Assembly: GCA_964016885.1 (NCBI GenBank)
Contig: OZ024751.1
Span: forward strand, 44,206,001 to 44,270,000
DNA length: 64,000 nt
Direction: 5' to 3'
Source: Eledone cirrhosa
Lineage: Eukaryota
Numbering within the stretch: position 1 is the first letter of the stretch; each line of letters opens with the position of its first letter. The notes under the pieces are model-generated. The model did not search any database. It was not told where the DNA came from and saw only the letters and a list, made by a program, of their open reading frames with translations. A program made the translations under genes and the position numbers. Below, piece by piece: positions 25,846 through 39,940 of the stretch.

Positions 25846-26723
25846 AATAATGGTTTCTGATTTAGGCACAAGGTCAGCAATTTGAAGGAGAGGAAAGTCG
25901 ATTAAATCGACCCCAGTACGTTGCTAGTTCTTTATAATAATTGTTTCTACTTTTAGCACAAGGCCAGCAAATACCCCAGTGCATTACTGGTGCTTTATTT
26001 TATTGATCCCGTAAGGATGAAAGGCAAAGTTAACGTTGGCGTGATTTGAACTCAGACCATAAAGGGCGGTAACTCTATGCCGCAAAGCATGGCGTCCGAC
26101 CCTCTACCGATACTGCCAATCCACCGCCCTAGTCCTTTATAATAATGGTGGTTTCTGATTTAAGCAGAAAGCCAACAATTTTCGGAAGGAGAAAGTCGAT
26201 TAAATCGACCCCAGTATATAGCTGGTAATTTATTTTATCGACCCCATAAAGATGAACGGCAAAGCTAACCTCAGCGAGATTGAACTCAGAACGTAAAGGG
26301 ACGTAACTATATAACAATAATGATAATAGGGATTATAATCCAGACAAAAGGCCTGCAATTTGTGAGGAGGGAAAAGTCGATTATTTTGATCCCAATATTT
26401 GACTGGTATTTAATTTAGCGTGGATCGATATAATCGACATTCTCCCTCCACCCACCCACCCCCACCTCTAAAAAAAGAATTACTGGCCTTGTGCCAAATG
26501 TAGAAACAATTATTATTATTAATAGTATTGGGCGGTGGATTGGCAGTATCGGTAGAGGGTCGAACGCCATGCTTTGCAGCAAAGAGTTACGGCCCTTTAT
26601 GGTCTGAGTTCAAATCCCGCCGAGATTAACTTTGCCTTTCATACTTACGGAGTCGATAAAATAAAGTACCAGTAATACACTGGATAATTGCTGGCCTTGT
26701 GCCAAACAGTAGATACAATTATT
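25846..26723. mobile_element. Cluster of second-family SINEs: near-full copies 25935-26129 (-) and 26530-26723 (+), plus partial copies between and beside them
   Basis: TGGCAGTATCGG A-box-like, GAGTTCAAATC B box, GTCGATAAAATAAAGTACCAG body and GGCCTTGTGC..AGAAAC(ATT)n tail. Confidence 0.8.
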
Positions 26724-26765
26724 GATAGTATTATAAGATAATGAATGACATTAAATGTACGGAGA

Positions 26766-26790
26766 TGACGTCATAGATGCAAGATTGGCT
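26766..26790. promoter_or_regulatory. Full CRE palindrome next to an inverted CCAAT box
   Basis: TGACGTCA at 26766-26773 and GATTGGCT at 26783-26790. Confidence 0.35.
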
Positions 26791-26841
26791 CAAATGAGGA
26801 ATAAATAACTTAAACCTCTTATACAAATAATCTCTTAGTCT

Positions 26842-27386
<545 letters not shown>

Positions 27387-28374
27387 GATAGATATGTAGA
27401 GAAATATATATATATAGTGAGAGAGAGAGAAAAAGAGAGAGCTAGATGGATAGATAGATATGTATAGAGAGAAATGAATATATACATATATAGTGAGAAG
27501 GAGAGAGGGAGACTTAGATAGATAGAGATAGTTAGAGAGAGAGAGGTGGGTGGCGTGTGGTAGAGACTTTATCTGTAGCTCCCTCTGCAGGATGTTTCTG
27601 GCATGTTGAGATCTTCTGGAGAAAATTGTCTCCAGTGTGGAATAAAAGACATTGCTAAAAGATTAGTGTTTATCTGAGCAGACCAAAGATAAGACATGCA
27701 CTTATTACTTTAGTTTGTTTCTTTGTTTGTGTCTTTGTTTTAAAGATTTCTGTTGCTAGGTAACAACAACTGATCTTGTTGAGACTAACAATATACAAAA
27801 TAAAAATTAATGTAGTTTTATTATTTTAATTGTTGCATATTTAGCGAATGAGGGAGAGAGAGAGAGAGGGGGGGGGGCGGAGGTTGGGGACAGCTCTTCC
27901 ATTAACTTATTTTACAGGGTCTTTGAGACTGATGAGAAGAAAGCGGGTGGGGTGGATCCCCCCCTCTCCCTTTACACTTCCAACCCCCCGATGACACACG
28001 GAATATCATCACACCACCTGGTCAGAGTGGTCTCGCAGAGTGGACTCTACTTAAAGTACCCAAGAACTAAGTGATGGTCGTATTAAATAGAACGACAGAT
28101 TAAGTCCATTACGAATTTTTCCCTACGCCAGCAAACAATTACATGTTAGTGATTATCTCGAGAACAGCCGTGATCAAGCAGAGCTGTGATCAAAGGCGCT
28201 CCATCCATGACTGTTCCGTCTGTTTATGAATGTGAAGGCAACGTAGTCAAATGTTTTAGAAGTCTGTTTCGCAATCAATAGGTCCCGGTTTCGAAACAAC
28301 TGCGTGACATCTAGGGGCAGTTGGTCTCTACAACATTTATAAGGGCCATCACGTTATTAGCCATATGAAATTTG

Positions 28375-28487
<113 letters not shown>

Positions 28488-29068
28488 AATTCAGAGAAGC
28501 ACACATAAAGGAAAACACATATTTACTCACATAGGCATAATGTGAGATACACGCACATAAATTAACACACTGACAGGCTGGCACAAGATGTCAGACACAC
28601 CAACATATTCTGTAAACCTACACTGCACTTGTGAAAGATATGAAGATAGAGGGAGATTGTGAGGGAGGAATGGAGAGGTGTAATTAAATTCCCTAATTGC
28701 TATTTAAGCATGTTCCTGGATTTATTTTCGTTTTTTTTTTATATATATATATATATATATTATTATCTTCTTTCATTTCGATCTTCCGAAAACAACAACA
28801 ACAACAACAAAAAAGGGCCAAAAATCACCCCCAAAGTAGCCCCCCCCCTCTCTCCCTATAAAAACAAAAAAAAATACACAAAGAAAAAACAAAACAAAGG
28901 GGGTATAAAAGTAAGCAGAAGAATTGAAGAATTTACCAAATATTTGCCAAATACGTTGACAAATATGTCATACTGCGAAGATGACGTGCCATTTTCAATA
29001 ATGGCGTTTCTTGTCTTCTTTCGTTCGATCAGCTGTGAGTTCTCTGTGTAAAGAAGACAGCTGCTTAG

Positions 29069-29260
<192 letters not shown>

Positions 29261-29279
29261 TATATATATACGTACATAC

Positions 29280-29364
<85 letters not shown>

Positions 29365-29395
29365 AACGGAAAAAATGAAACGATATATATATATG

Positions 29396-29637
<242 letters not shown>

Positions 29638-29638
29638 C

Positions 29639-29707
<69 letters not shown>

Positions 29708-30117
29708 TTTTTATATTGATGACACTAGATAATTCAATAGTAAAACCCCAAACGAAAAAAAGAAAATAACTAAACAAACAAACAAACAAAAAAAAATGCG
29801 AAAGATACCAATAAGCTTATTAAGGAAAGAAGGAAAAGAAGAAACTATGAAAAATGGCTTCTGACATTGTCGTGATATTCCCGAGTTTTCCAAATGTATT
29901 AAGTAATGTTAGCAGCGTTGCTGTATATTGCTACAAATAGAAAGATTACGTTACTTTCCATGACTGCTCATCATTACCTTTCGTTTAATTTTGACAACAC
30001 ACTACTTGAAAATATTAAATCCTAAAAGTAGGAATTCTATTGCCAATCATATTAAATTCTCAATTAATTAAATTAGAACCGACATACGTTCTATTGTTAT
30101 TATTATTTTTTTATAAC

Positions 30118-30265
30118 GGTGGTGGAGTGGCAGTATTAGTAGAGCATCGGACAACATACTTCGCGGCATAGAGTTATGGCTGTTTATGTTCTGAGTTCAA
30201 ATCCCGCTAAGGTTAACTTTGCCATTCATCTTTACAGGGTCAATAAAATAAATGATGATACCAAA
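30118..30265 (+). mobile_element. Second-family SINE, 3'-truncated
   Basis: TGGCAGTATTAG, CTGAGTTCAAATCCCGC, GGTCAATAAAATAAA. Confidence 0.7.
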
Positions 30266-30569
30266 ATCAGCAAATGACAACAAAAACGGAGAGAGAGAGA
30301 AAGAGGGAGAGATCGAGAGAGAGAGAGAGAGAGAGAGTGCGTGTGTGTGAGAGAAAGAGAACGTGTGTGTGTGTGAGAGAGAGTGTGTGTGTGTGTGTGA
30401 GAGAGAGAGATTATGTGAGTGTGGTGTGTGTGTGAGAGAGAGAAAGAGAAAGAGAACGCGAGAAAGAACATAGTACAATAATTATATTATCTATCTATCG
30501 GTCTATCTATTTTTCTCTATATACATATATATATATGTACATATCTATCTCTCTCTCTCTCTACATATA

Positions 30570-30698
<129 letters not shown>

Positions 30699-30699
30699 A

Positions 30700-31198
30700 T
30701 AAAAAAGAAAACTTTTTCGCTCTACATGGCTGAATACAATAAATGTAATCTGAATTTTTCGAATATTAATAATTGTTTCTACTTTAGGCGCAAGGCCAGC
30801 AATTACCCCAGTGCATTACTGGTACTTTATTTTATCGACCCCGTAAGGATGAAAGGCAAAGTCAACCTCGGCGGGATTTGAACTCAGATCGTAAAGGGAC
30901 GTAACTATGGTGCAAAGCATGGCGTCCGACCCTCTACCTATACTGCCAATACACCTAATAATAACATTCGATTCGTTTGCAATTATGCAAACAAGCCTCA
31001 ATTTTATAGCCATGTCAGTAGAATGAACCCTTCATTCTTGCTCTTGTGTTGGCATGTGAACAGAACTGCAGACACTAATGTTTCACAAGAGCAAGAATGA
31101 AGGGTTCATTCTACAGACATGGCTATAAAATTGAGGCTTGTTTGCATAATTGCAAACGAATCGAATGTTATTATTAATATTCGAAAAACTCAGATTAC

Positions 31199-31204
<6 letters not shown>
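30700..31204. mobile_element. Fold-back element family C, left arm interrupted by a SINE
   Basis: Arms 30737-30773 plus 30956-31048 versus 31084-31204; an unfolded, uninterrupted relative lies at 42005-42200. Confidence 0.75.
30774..30955 (-). mobile_element. Second-family SINE with TAATAAT target-site duplication
   Basis: Homologous to 25935-26129. The empty site GAATATTAATAATAACATTCG is seen at about 42069-42089. Confidence 0.85.
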
Positions 31205-31269
<65 letters not shown>

Positions 31270-31273
<4 letters not shown>

Positions 31274-31470
31274 AACCAGTAAGACCCCGACAGCTGAGCT
31301 CAAGCCGTTTCGACGGCTAATTCTGGACTCATGTGTCCAGAATTAGCCGTCGAAACGGCTTGAGCTCAGCTGTCGGGGTCTTACTGGTTCCTATTACCCA
31401 CTCTACTACCTCAAGTATTGAGTACTTTGGTGCGTTATGGTCCACCTGGTTCCTTACCACATTTCCTTCG
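31270..31470. mobile_element. Family A fold-back (hairpin 31270-31393 plus tail)
   Basis: Variant arm TAGGAACCAGTAAGACCCCGACAGCTGAGCTC mirrored in both arms; tail as in 2714-2790. Confidence 0.8.
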
Positions 31471-31564
<94 letters not shown>

Positions 31565-31583
31565 TTATATATGTATATGTATA

Positions 31584-31619
<36 letters not shown>

Positions 31620-31622
<3 letters not shown>

Positions 31623-32254
31623 TCACCTTGTGGTCACCTTGCCAGGATGAAGGATTCTAGAATACCAAAACAACTCTTCTATGGAGAGTTGGTTAAAGGA
31701 AAACGACCGCCACATAAACCAAAAAAGAGGTATAAGGATTCCTTGAAGGCCTCTCTGAAAGACGCTAACATCTCTGCTGATACATGGGAAAATATTGCTG
31801 CTGATCGTAATAAATGGAGAAAGACTGTATATGAGGGAAAAGTTGCCTTTGAGGCATCTCGAATCGCACACGAGAAAGTAAAGCGGGACGTGAGGAAGGG
31901 TATTGCTGTTGCACTTCCAGACGGCGAGGGTCCTCCTATGTTTCTGACATGCAGCGTCTGTGCGAGACTCTGCCTAAGCAAAGCTGGACTCGAAAGTCAT
32001 CTTCGCAGTCATAAAGTAAGACCAGTGGTTGACTACCAGGCTGCTGTTGGAGATGCTACTCATCATGCTTGCCAAACATGTGGTAGAGAATGTAAATCAG
32101 CAGGAGGACTCAAGCGACATGCAAAAGTACACGAACTCCAACCACAGCCGACTATTCCCAGTAAATGTTTTGGTTGCCGACTCTGTGCAAGACATTTTGG
32201 ATCATTGGCTGGGCTAAAAAGCCACATTCGATCGCAGCACTGTTAGTTGCTATC

Positions 32255-32292
<38 letters not shown>

Positions 32293-32371
32293 GCTTATGT
32301 GCGTGCGTGTGTGTGTATATATATATGAATATGTATATTATTATTGTTGTTGTCGTTATTATTATTATTGC

Positions 32372-32429
<58 letters not shown>

Positions 32430-32549
32430 GTTATTAATGTATGTGTGTATATATGTGTGAGTGTATGTGTATGTATGTGTGTGTGTATATATGTATGTAT
32501 GTGTATGTATGTGTGTGTGTATATATACGTGTATATATATATATATGTA

Positions 32550-32582
<33 letters not shown>

Positions 32583-32613
32583 CTTTTCCCTTTTTTTATT
32601 TTTTTTTTTTTTT

Positions 32614-32670
<57 letters not shown>

Positions 32671-32773
32671 TTTTTATTTTTATTTATTTTTTTTTTATTT
32701 TTTTTTATTTATTTATTTTTTTTTTTATTTTTTTTTTTATTGTGCAATGGCCATACTCGATAACGAGGGGGCA

Positions 32774-32781
<8 letters not shown>
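31620..32781 (+). mobile_element. RTE LINE copy 2, heavily 5'-truncated, with uninterrupted 3' UTR
   Basis: Matches 13457-14230 of copy 1 with an identical translation [10 protein letters not shown]...SQHC and the same 3' terminus. Flanked by (TA)n. Confidence 0.93.
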
Positions 32782-32804
<23 letters not shown>

Positions 32805-32832
32805 AATATAAATGTATATATATATATATTTA

Positions 32833-32894
<62 letters not shown>

Positions 32895-32895
32895 C

Positions 32896-32945
<50 letters not shown>

Positions 32946-32996
32946 ATATATATGTATATGTATATATATGTATATATATATATATAAATATAAATG

Positions 32997-33031
<35 letters not shown>

Positions 33032-33034
33032 ATA

Positions 33035-33217
<183 letters not shown>

Positions 33218-33237
33218 TTATATTTATATATATATAT

Positions 33238-33268
<31 letters not shown>

Positions 33269-33270
33269 TA

Positions 33271-33302
<32 letters not shown>

Positions 33303-33319
33303 CATATATATACATATAC

Positions 33320-33437
<118 letters not shown>

Positions 33438-33659
33438 GTGTCTGAGAGTAAGTAGAGAAGTAAACAATGATAATAATGATAATAATTGCAGTGGGCAGAA
33501 AGAGCGAGGGCAGTATTTAATCCTGAAAGACCGGCTTAGTTTCGGATTACACATAAGTCGACACCGGGTTAAGGGGCTTCCATAGATCTCATCATTGGAA
33601 AGATCGGGAACTGGGTGGTTAGGGCCTCGTACTGATGGTATATAATGATGTGGGGTGGT

Positions 33660-35050
33660 ATGGTGGTACTGGTACTGGTGGTGGTGGTGGTGGTGGAGGT
33701 AGTGATGGTTATAGTGATGGTGGTGGTGGTGATGGTGGTGGTGGTAGTGATGGTTATAGTGATGGTGGTGGTGGTGATGGTGATGGTGGTGGTAGTGATG
33801 GTTATAGTGATGGTGGTGCTGGTGATGGTGGTGGTGATGGTGGTGATGGTGGTGATGGTGATGGTGGAGGTAGTGATGGTTATAGTGATGGTGGTGGTGG
33901 TGGTAGTGATGGTTATAGTGATGGTGGTGCTGGTGATGGTGGTGGTGATGGTGGTGATGGTGGTGATGGTGGTGGTGGAGGTAGATATGGATATAGTGTT
34001 GGTGGTGGTGGTGGTAGTGATGGTTATAGTGATGGTGGTGGTGGTGGTGGTGGTAGTGATGATGGTGGTGGTAGATATGGATATAGTGTTGGCGGTGGTG
34101 GTGGTAGTGATGGTTATAGTGATGGTGGTGGTGGTGGTGGTGGTAGTGATGATGGTGGTGGTAGATATGGATATAGTGTTGGTGGTGGTGGTGGTAGTGA
34201 TGGTTATAGTGATGGTGGTGGTGGTGGTGGTGGTAGTGATGATGGTGGTGGTAGATATGGATATAGTGTTGGTGGTGGTGGTGGTAGTGATGGTTATAGT
34301 GATGGTGGTGGTGGTGGTGGTGGTAGTGATGATGGTGGTGGTAGATATGGATATAGTGTTGGTGGTGGTGGTGGTAGTGATGGTTATAGTGATGGTGGTG
34401 GTGGTGGTGGTGGTAGTGATGATGGTGGTGGTAGATATGGATATAGTGATGGTGGTGGTGGTAGTGATGTGTATAGTGGTGGTGGGGGTAGTGGTAGTGA
34501 TGGTGGTGAGGGTGGTGGTGGAGGTAGTGATGGTTATAGTGATGGTGGTGGTGGTGGTGGTGATGGTGGTGATGGTGGTGATGGTGGTGATGGTGGTGAT
34601 GGTGGTGATGGTGGTGGTGGTGGTAGATAAGGATATAGTGATGGTGGTGGTGGTGGTGGTGATGGTGGTGATGGTGGTGATGGTGGTGGTGGTGATGGTG
34701 GTGATGGTGGTGGTGGTGGTAGATAAGGATATAGTGATGGTGGTGGTGGTGGTGGTGATGGCTATAGTGATGGTGGTGGTGGTGGTGGTGATAGTGGTGA
34801 TGGTGGTGGTGGAGGTAGTGATGGTTATAGTGATGGTGATAGTGGTGGTGATAGTGGTGGTGGTGATGGTGGTGATGGCCGTGGTGATGGTGGTGATGGT
34901 GGTGATGGTGGTGGTGGTGGTGGTGATGGCTATAGTGATGGTGGTGGTGGTGGTGGTGGTGGTGATGGCCGTGGTGATGGTGGTGGTGGTGGTGATGGTG
35001 GTGGGGCTAGATATGGATATAGTGATGATGGTGGTGGTGGTGTTGATGAT
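33660..35050. repeat. GGT/GAT minisatellite with a central 90-bp unit
   Basis: GTAGATATGGATATAGTGTT...GTGATGGTTATAGTGATGG repeated about 5 times. Confidence 0.9.
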
Positions 35051-35123
35051 GATGATGATCATATAAACGAATGTATACACATCCACACACATGTGTACAT
35101 ACGTCTATATATAAACATATGAA

Positions 35124-35195
<72 letters not shown>

Positions 35196-36789
35196 TTTCT
35201 TCAACCACCCAACCACCACCACCACCACCACCACCACCACCACAACCACCATAACCATCAACACCACCACTACCACCACAACCACCAAAACTACTACCAC
35301 CATAACCACCATGACCACCACCACCACTACCATCATCACCACCACCACCACCACTACCACCATCACCAACACCACCACCATAACCACCATGACCATCACT
35401 ACCACCACCACCACACCACCACCATCACCACCACCAACACCACCACCATCACCACCACCACCACCACCACTACCACCATCACCAACACCACCACCATAAC
35501 CATCACTACCACCACCACCACCACCATCACTACTACCACCACCATCACCACCACAACCACCGTCCTCACCACCACCACCACCACCACCACCACTACCACC
35601 ACCACAACTACCACCCCCTTCGGTCAGTAGCCAAGAATTAGCCAGCAATCATATCATATTCCGCCGTTTAACGTTAAAACCAATGCCCTTCTCTGGAGAT
35701 CTCACAAGCTCTACTGTACACAGAGACGTGTGAAAGAACACACGTGTTTCTTGTCTCCCCTTACATCTAACACTCTCCACGTTCGGAGACAATGTTTGCT
35801 CGCTTAATTAAGAGTAGCTAACTATTTAACGTGGCCAATTACTGATCTTTAATTACTTATCAATGAGGACTAGTGTGGTGGTGGTGGTGGTGGTGGTGGT
35901 GGTGGTAGTGGTGGTGGTGGTGGTGGTGGTGGTGGTGGTGGTGGTGGTGGTGGTGGTGAGGATGGTGGTGGTGGTGGTGGTGGTGGTGGTGGTAGGATGA
36001 TGGTGGTGATGGTCATGGTGGTTATGGTGGTGGTGTTGGTGATGGTGGTAGTGGTGGTGGTGGTGGTGAGGTCGGTGGTGGTGGTGGTGGTGGTGAGGTC
36101 GGTGGTGGTGGTGGTGGTGGTGGTGGTGGTGGTGGTGGTGAGGTCGGTGGTGGTGGTGGTGGTGGTGAGGATGGTGGTGGTGATGGTGGTGGTGGTGGTG
36201 ATGGTGGTGGCCGTGAGGATGGTGGTGGTGAGGCCGGTGGTGGTGGTGAGAATGGTGGTGGTGATGGTGGTGATGGTTGTGGTGGTGATTGTGGTGGCGG
36301 CGGCGGCGGCGGTGGTGGTGGTGGTGAGGACGGTGGCGGTGGTGGTGATGGTGGTGGCGGCGGCGGCGGTGGTGGTGGTGGTGGTGAGGACGGTGGTGGT
36401 GGTGGTGGTGATTGTGGTGGCGGCGGCGGCGGCGGTGGTGGTGGTGGTGAGGACGGTGGTGGTGGTGATGGTATGGTAGTGATGAAGGTGGTGGAGGTGG
36501 TGAGGACAGTGGTGGTGTTGGAGACGATGTTTATGATGGTGGTGGTGATGATGATGTTGTTAGTGATGATGATGGTGATGATGATGATGATGATGATGAT
36601 GGTGATGATGGTGATAGTAGTGATGTCGTTGTCGTCCGTTAGAAATGTTAGAATGTAAAAGACAAGCTCCATGCTGAGGGAATCCCCTCCAAGAGTTCTA
36701 ATTAGGGACTTGGCAGGGAATGGGTCTCTGGTGGTCGGAAGGTGGGGCTCTGATAGAACAGGTCTTGGGGGTCAAATAACTGTGGGGGA

Positions 36790-38200
36790 GTTTGGTGGTG
36801 ATGGTGGTGGTGGTGGTGGTGGTGGTGGTGGTGGTGGTGGTGGTGATGGTGGAAGTGGTGATGGTGGTGGTGGTGGTGGTGGTGGTGGTGGTGGTGGTGT
36901 TGGCGGCGGCGGCGGTGGTGGTGGTGGTGGTGGTGGTGGTGGTGGTGGTGATGGTGGTGGTGGTGGAAGTGGTGATGGTGGTGGTGGTGGTGGTGGTGGT
37001 GGTGGTGGTGGTGGTGGTGGTGATGGTGGTGGTGGTGGAAGTGGTGATGGTGGTGGTGGTGGTGGTGGTGGTGGTGGTGGTGGTGGTGGTGGTGATGATG
37101 GTGATGGTGGTGGTGGAGGTGGTGGTGGTGGTGGAGGTGGTGATGGTCTTTGTGGAAGTGTTGAATTTGTTGATGGTGGTAATGGTATTGTTGTTGTTGG
37201 TGTTAGTGGTGGTGTTGTTGTTGTTGTTAGTGGTGGTGGTGGTGTTGATGTTGGTGGTGACGGTGTTGGTGGTTGTGTAGGTGGTGCTGATGTTGATGGT
37301 GGTGGTGAAACGGTAGTGGTGCTAGTGTTTATGATGGTTGTAGTGTTGATGGTCGTGGTGATGGTGTTGATGGTGGTTATGGTGTTGTTGTTGTTGTTGG
37401 TGGTGGTGATTATGGTGTTGTTGTTGTTGTTGGTGGTGGTGGTTATGGTGTTGTTGTTGTTGTTGGTGGTGGTGGTTATGGTGTTGTTGTTGTTGTTGGT
37501 GGTGGTGATTATGGTGTTGTTGTTGTTGTTGGTGGTGGTGGTTATGGTGTTGTTGTTGTTGTTGGTGGTGGTGGTTATGGTGTTGTTGTTGTTGTTGGTG
37601 GTGGTGATTATGGTGTTGTTGTTGTTGTTGGTGGTGGTGGTTATGGTGTTGTTGTTGTTGTTGGTGGTGGTGGTTATGGTGTTGTTGTTGTTGTTGGTGG
37701 TGGTGATTATGGCGTTGTTGTTGTTGTTGGTGGTGGTGATTATGGTGTTGTTGTTGTTGTTGTTGGTGGTGGTTATGGTGTTGTTGTTGTTGTTGGTGGT
37801 GGTGGTTATGGTGTTGTTGTTGTTGGTGGTGGTGGTGGTTATGGTGTTGTTGTTGTTGTTGGTGGTGGTTATGGTGTTGTTGTTGTTGGTGGTGGTGGTG
37901 GTTATGGTGTTGTTGTTGTTGGTGGTGGTGGTTATGGTGTTGTTGTTGTTGTTGGTGGTGGTGGTTATGGTGTTGTTGTTGTTGGTGGTGGTGGTGGTTA
38001 TGGTGTTGTTGTTGTTGTTGGTGGTGGTTATGGTGTTGTTGTTGTTGTTGGTGGTGGTTATGGTGTTGTTGTTGTTGGTGGTGGTGGTGGTTATGGTGTT
38101 GTTGTTGTTGGTGGTGGTGGTGGTTATGGTGTTGTTGTTGTTGGTGGTGGTGGTGGTTATGATGGTTGTAGTGTTGATGGTGGTGATGATGATGGTTATG
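36790..38200. repeat. (GGT)n block followed by a ~30-bp GTT/GTG/ATG minisatellite
   Basis: TATGGTG(TTG)n(GTG)n units from about 37370 to 38160. Confidence 0.9.
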
Positions 38201-38800
38201 GTGGTAGCTGTAATGATTGTGATTGCGGTGGCGGCGGTGGTGGTGGTGCTATTGTTGGTAGTATTGATGTGCTGGAGGTGGTGGTGTTGGTCGTGATGCT
38301 AGAGGTGGTGGTGTTAGTCGGGTGGTCTGAGCCAGAGCTGTTGTCTACAGCTGTCTAACCCCCACAAGGCTTCCAATGTTTTTGTTCTCCTCCCCGTAAA
38401 ACCGGAACAAACAAACCAATAAACAACTCTAATACGCCACCCACCCCTTACACACACTACCCACATATATACTACACGCACACACACACACACACACTAC
38501 ACACACACACTGTATGCACTACACACATACGAACATACATATAAATAGACACACACAACCACATTATTTCATTCAAACGATATATAACCTAAACATAGAA
38601 ATATCGACAACAACAACAACAACAACAGCAACAACAACAACAACAGCAACAGCAACATCATCAACAGCAATAACAATAACAATAACAGAGACATCATCAT
38701 CATCAACAGTAGTATTATCATTATAAATTATAATAATTGTTTCTACATTTAACGGAAGGCAAGCAATTTGAAGGGGAAGGGAAAGTCGATTATACACTCC

Positions 38801-38888
<88 letters not shown>

Positions 38889-39158
38889 GTCTTTAAGACT
38901 ATACAGAGCAATTGATGTTTTTCCAAATTGAAGGATAGGTATTTTAAACTTTATTTATCATGAGTTAAGGGTCTATTGATTTTTCCCTGGATTTCACTAA
39001 ATTCTGTGGATGAATTTGTATCTTGATTCTCTTTTGAGATGAGTTTGAATTATTTTTCCTACATCTTACGTTAACTATTTTTCCCATCTTGACGACATAG
39101 TCGCATATATGTTATAGAATACTGTTAGCTTCTCGCTAAAACAATTTCTATACCTTTC

Positions 39159-39242
<84 letters not shown>

Positions 39243-39295
39243 ATTTAAAACTTCACTGCTCACAAGTGTTTTTTACGCTTCATATCATGTTTCCC

Positions 39296-39356
39296 TATTT
39301 GATGAGAACGCAAATATCATCCCATGATGATATTTGTTTTTGAAATGCGCATAATA
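39296..39356 (+). ncRNA. Degenerate hammerhead-like motif with palindromic stem III
   Basis: TTGATGA core (C3 to T); 15-position stem II including CAAATATCAT/ATGATATTTG; GAAA 39342-39345; palindrome ATGCGCAT; 3-bp stem I. Confidence 0.55.
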
Positions 39357-39391
39357 AAATACTTGGAACTCTTTTAACCATCTCTTGATCT

Positions 39392-39448
<57 letters not shown>

Positions 39449-39490
39449 AGTGTGTATATGTGAGTGTGTGTGTATATATATATATATATA

Positions 39491-39563
39491 GTAATAATAA
39501 TAAATGCGAAGACTAAAATCCAAAGAGGGCTCGATAAGGATAAATATATATCAAATATATAAG
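39491..39563 (-). mobile_element. Family B tail-only fragment
   Basis: Reverse complement of about 20750-20825. Confidence 0.65.
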
Positions 39564-39769
39564 AACTCCGTGTGTTTGTGTGTATATATATATAAATATA
39601 TATATATATATACACACACACAAATAGATATATATATGTATATATATATATATATATATATAGCAGGTCATCCTCTACAGTAGATTTCTTCAAGAGAATG
39701 ACAGAGAGTGAGTGAATTGAAATAAACCAGAAGAGATATAGAGGTAAAATGATGAGATAAAATATAGAG

Positions 39770-39940
39770 GTAAAATAGACCTCAATACTACGTTGTTACT
39801 TTTTTTATCGACCTCGAATGGATGAAAGGCAAATTTGACCTCGACGAGATTTGAACTCAAAGAGAACAGTGAGCTGAAATGAATGACTCACGCGAAGCAT
39901 TCTATCTGACGATCTAACAACTCTGCCAATTCGCCGCCTT
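39770..39940 (-). mobile_element. Second-family SINE fragment
   Basis: TTTTATCGACC..GATGAAAGGCAAA..GATTTGAACTCA..CTGCCAATTCGCCGCC. Confidence 0.65.

Noticed and set aside
27929-27945. CTGATGAG-AA-GAAA
   Set aside because: No stem II and no flanking stems.
33516-33575. CTGAAAGA..GGCTTA/TAAGTC..GACA hammerhead-like string
   Set aside because: GAAA is replaced by GACA, the core has extra bases and there is no clear stem III or NUH; at most a heavily decayed motif.
33635-34630. Gly/Tyr-rich ORF ([20 protein letters not shown])n resembling glycine-rich structural proteins
   Set aside because: No signal peptide, overlapping frames are equally open, and the repeat continues past the stop. It is best explained as a GGT-derived minisatellite.
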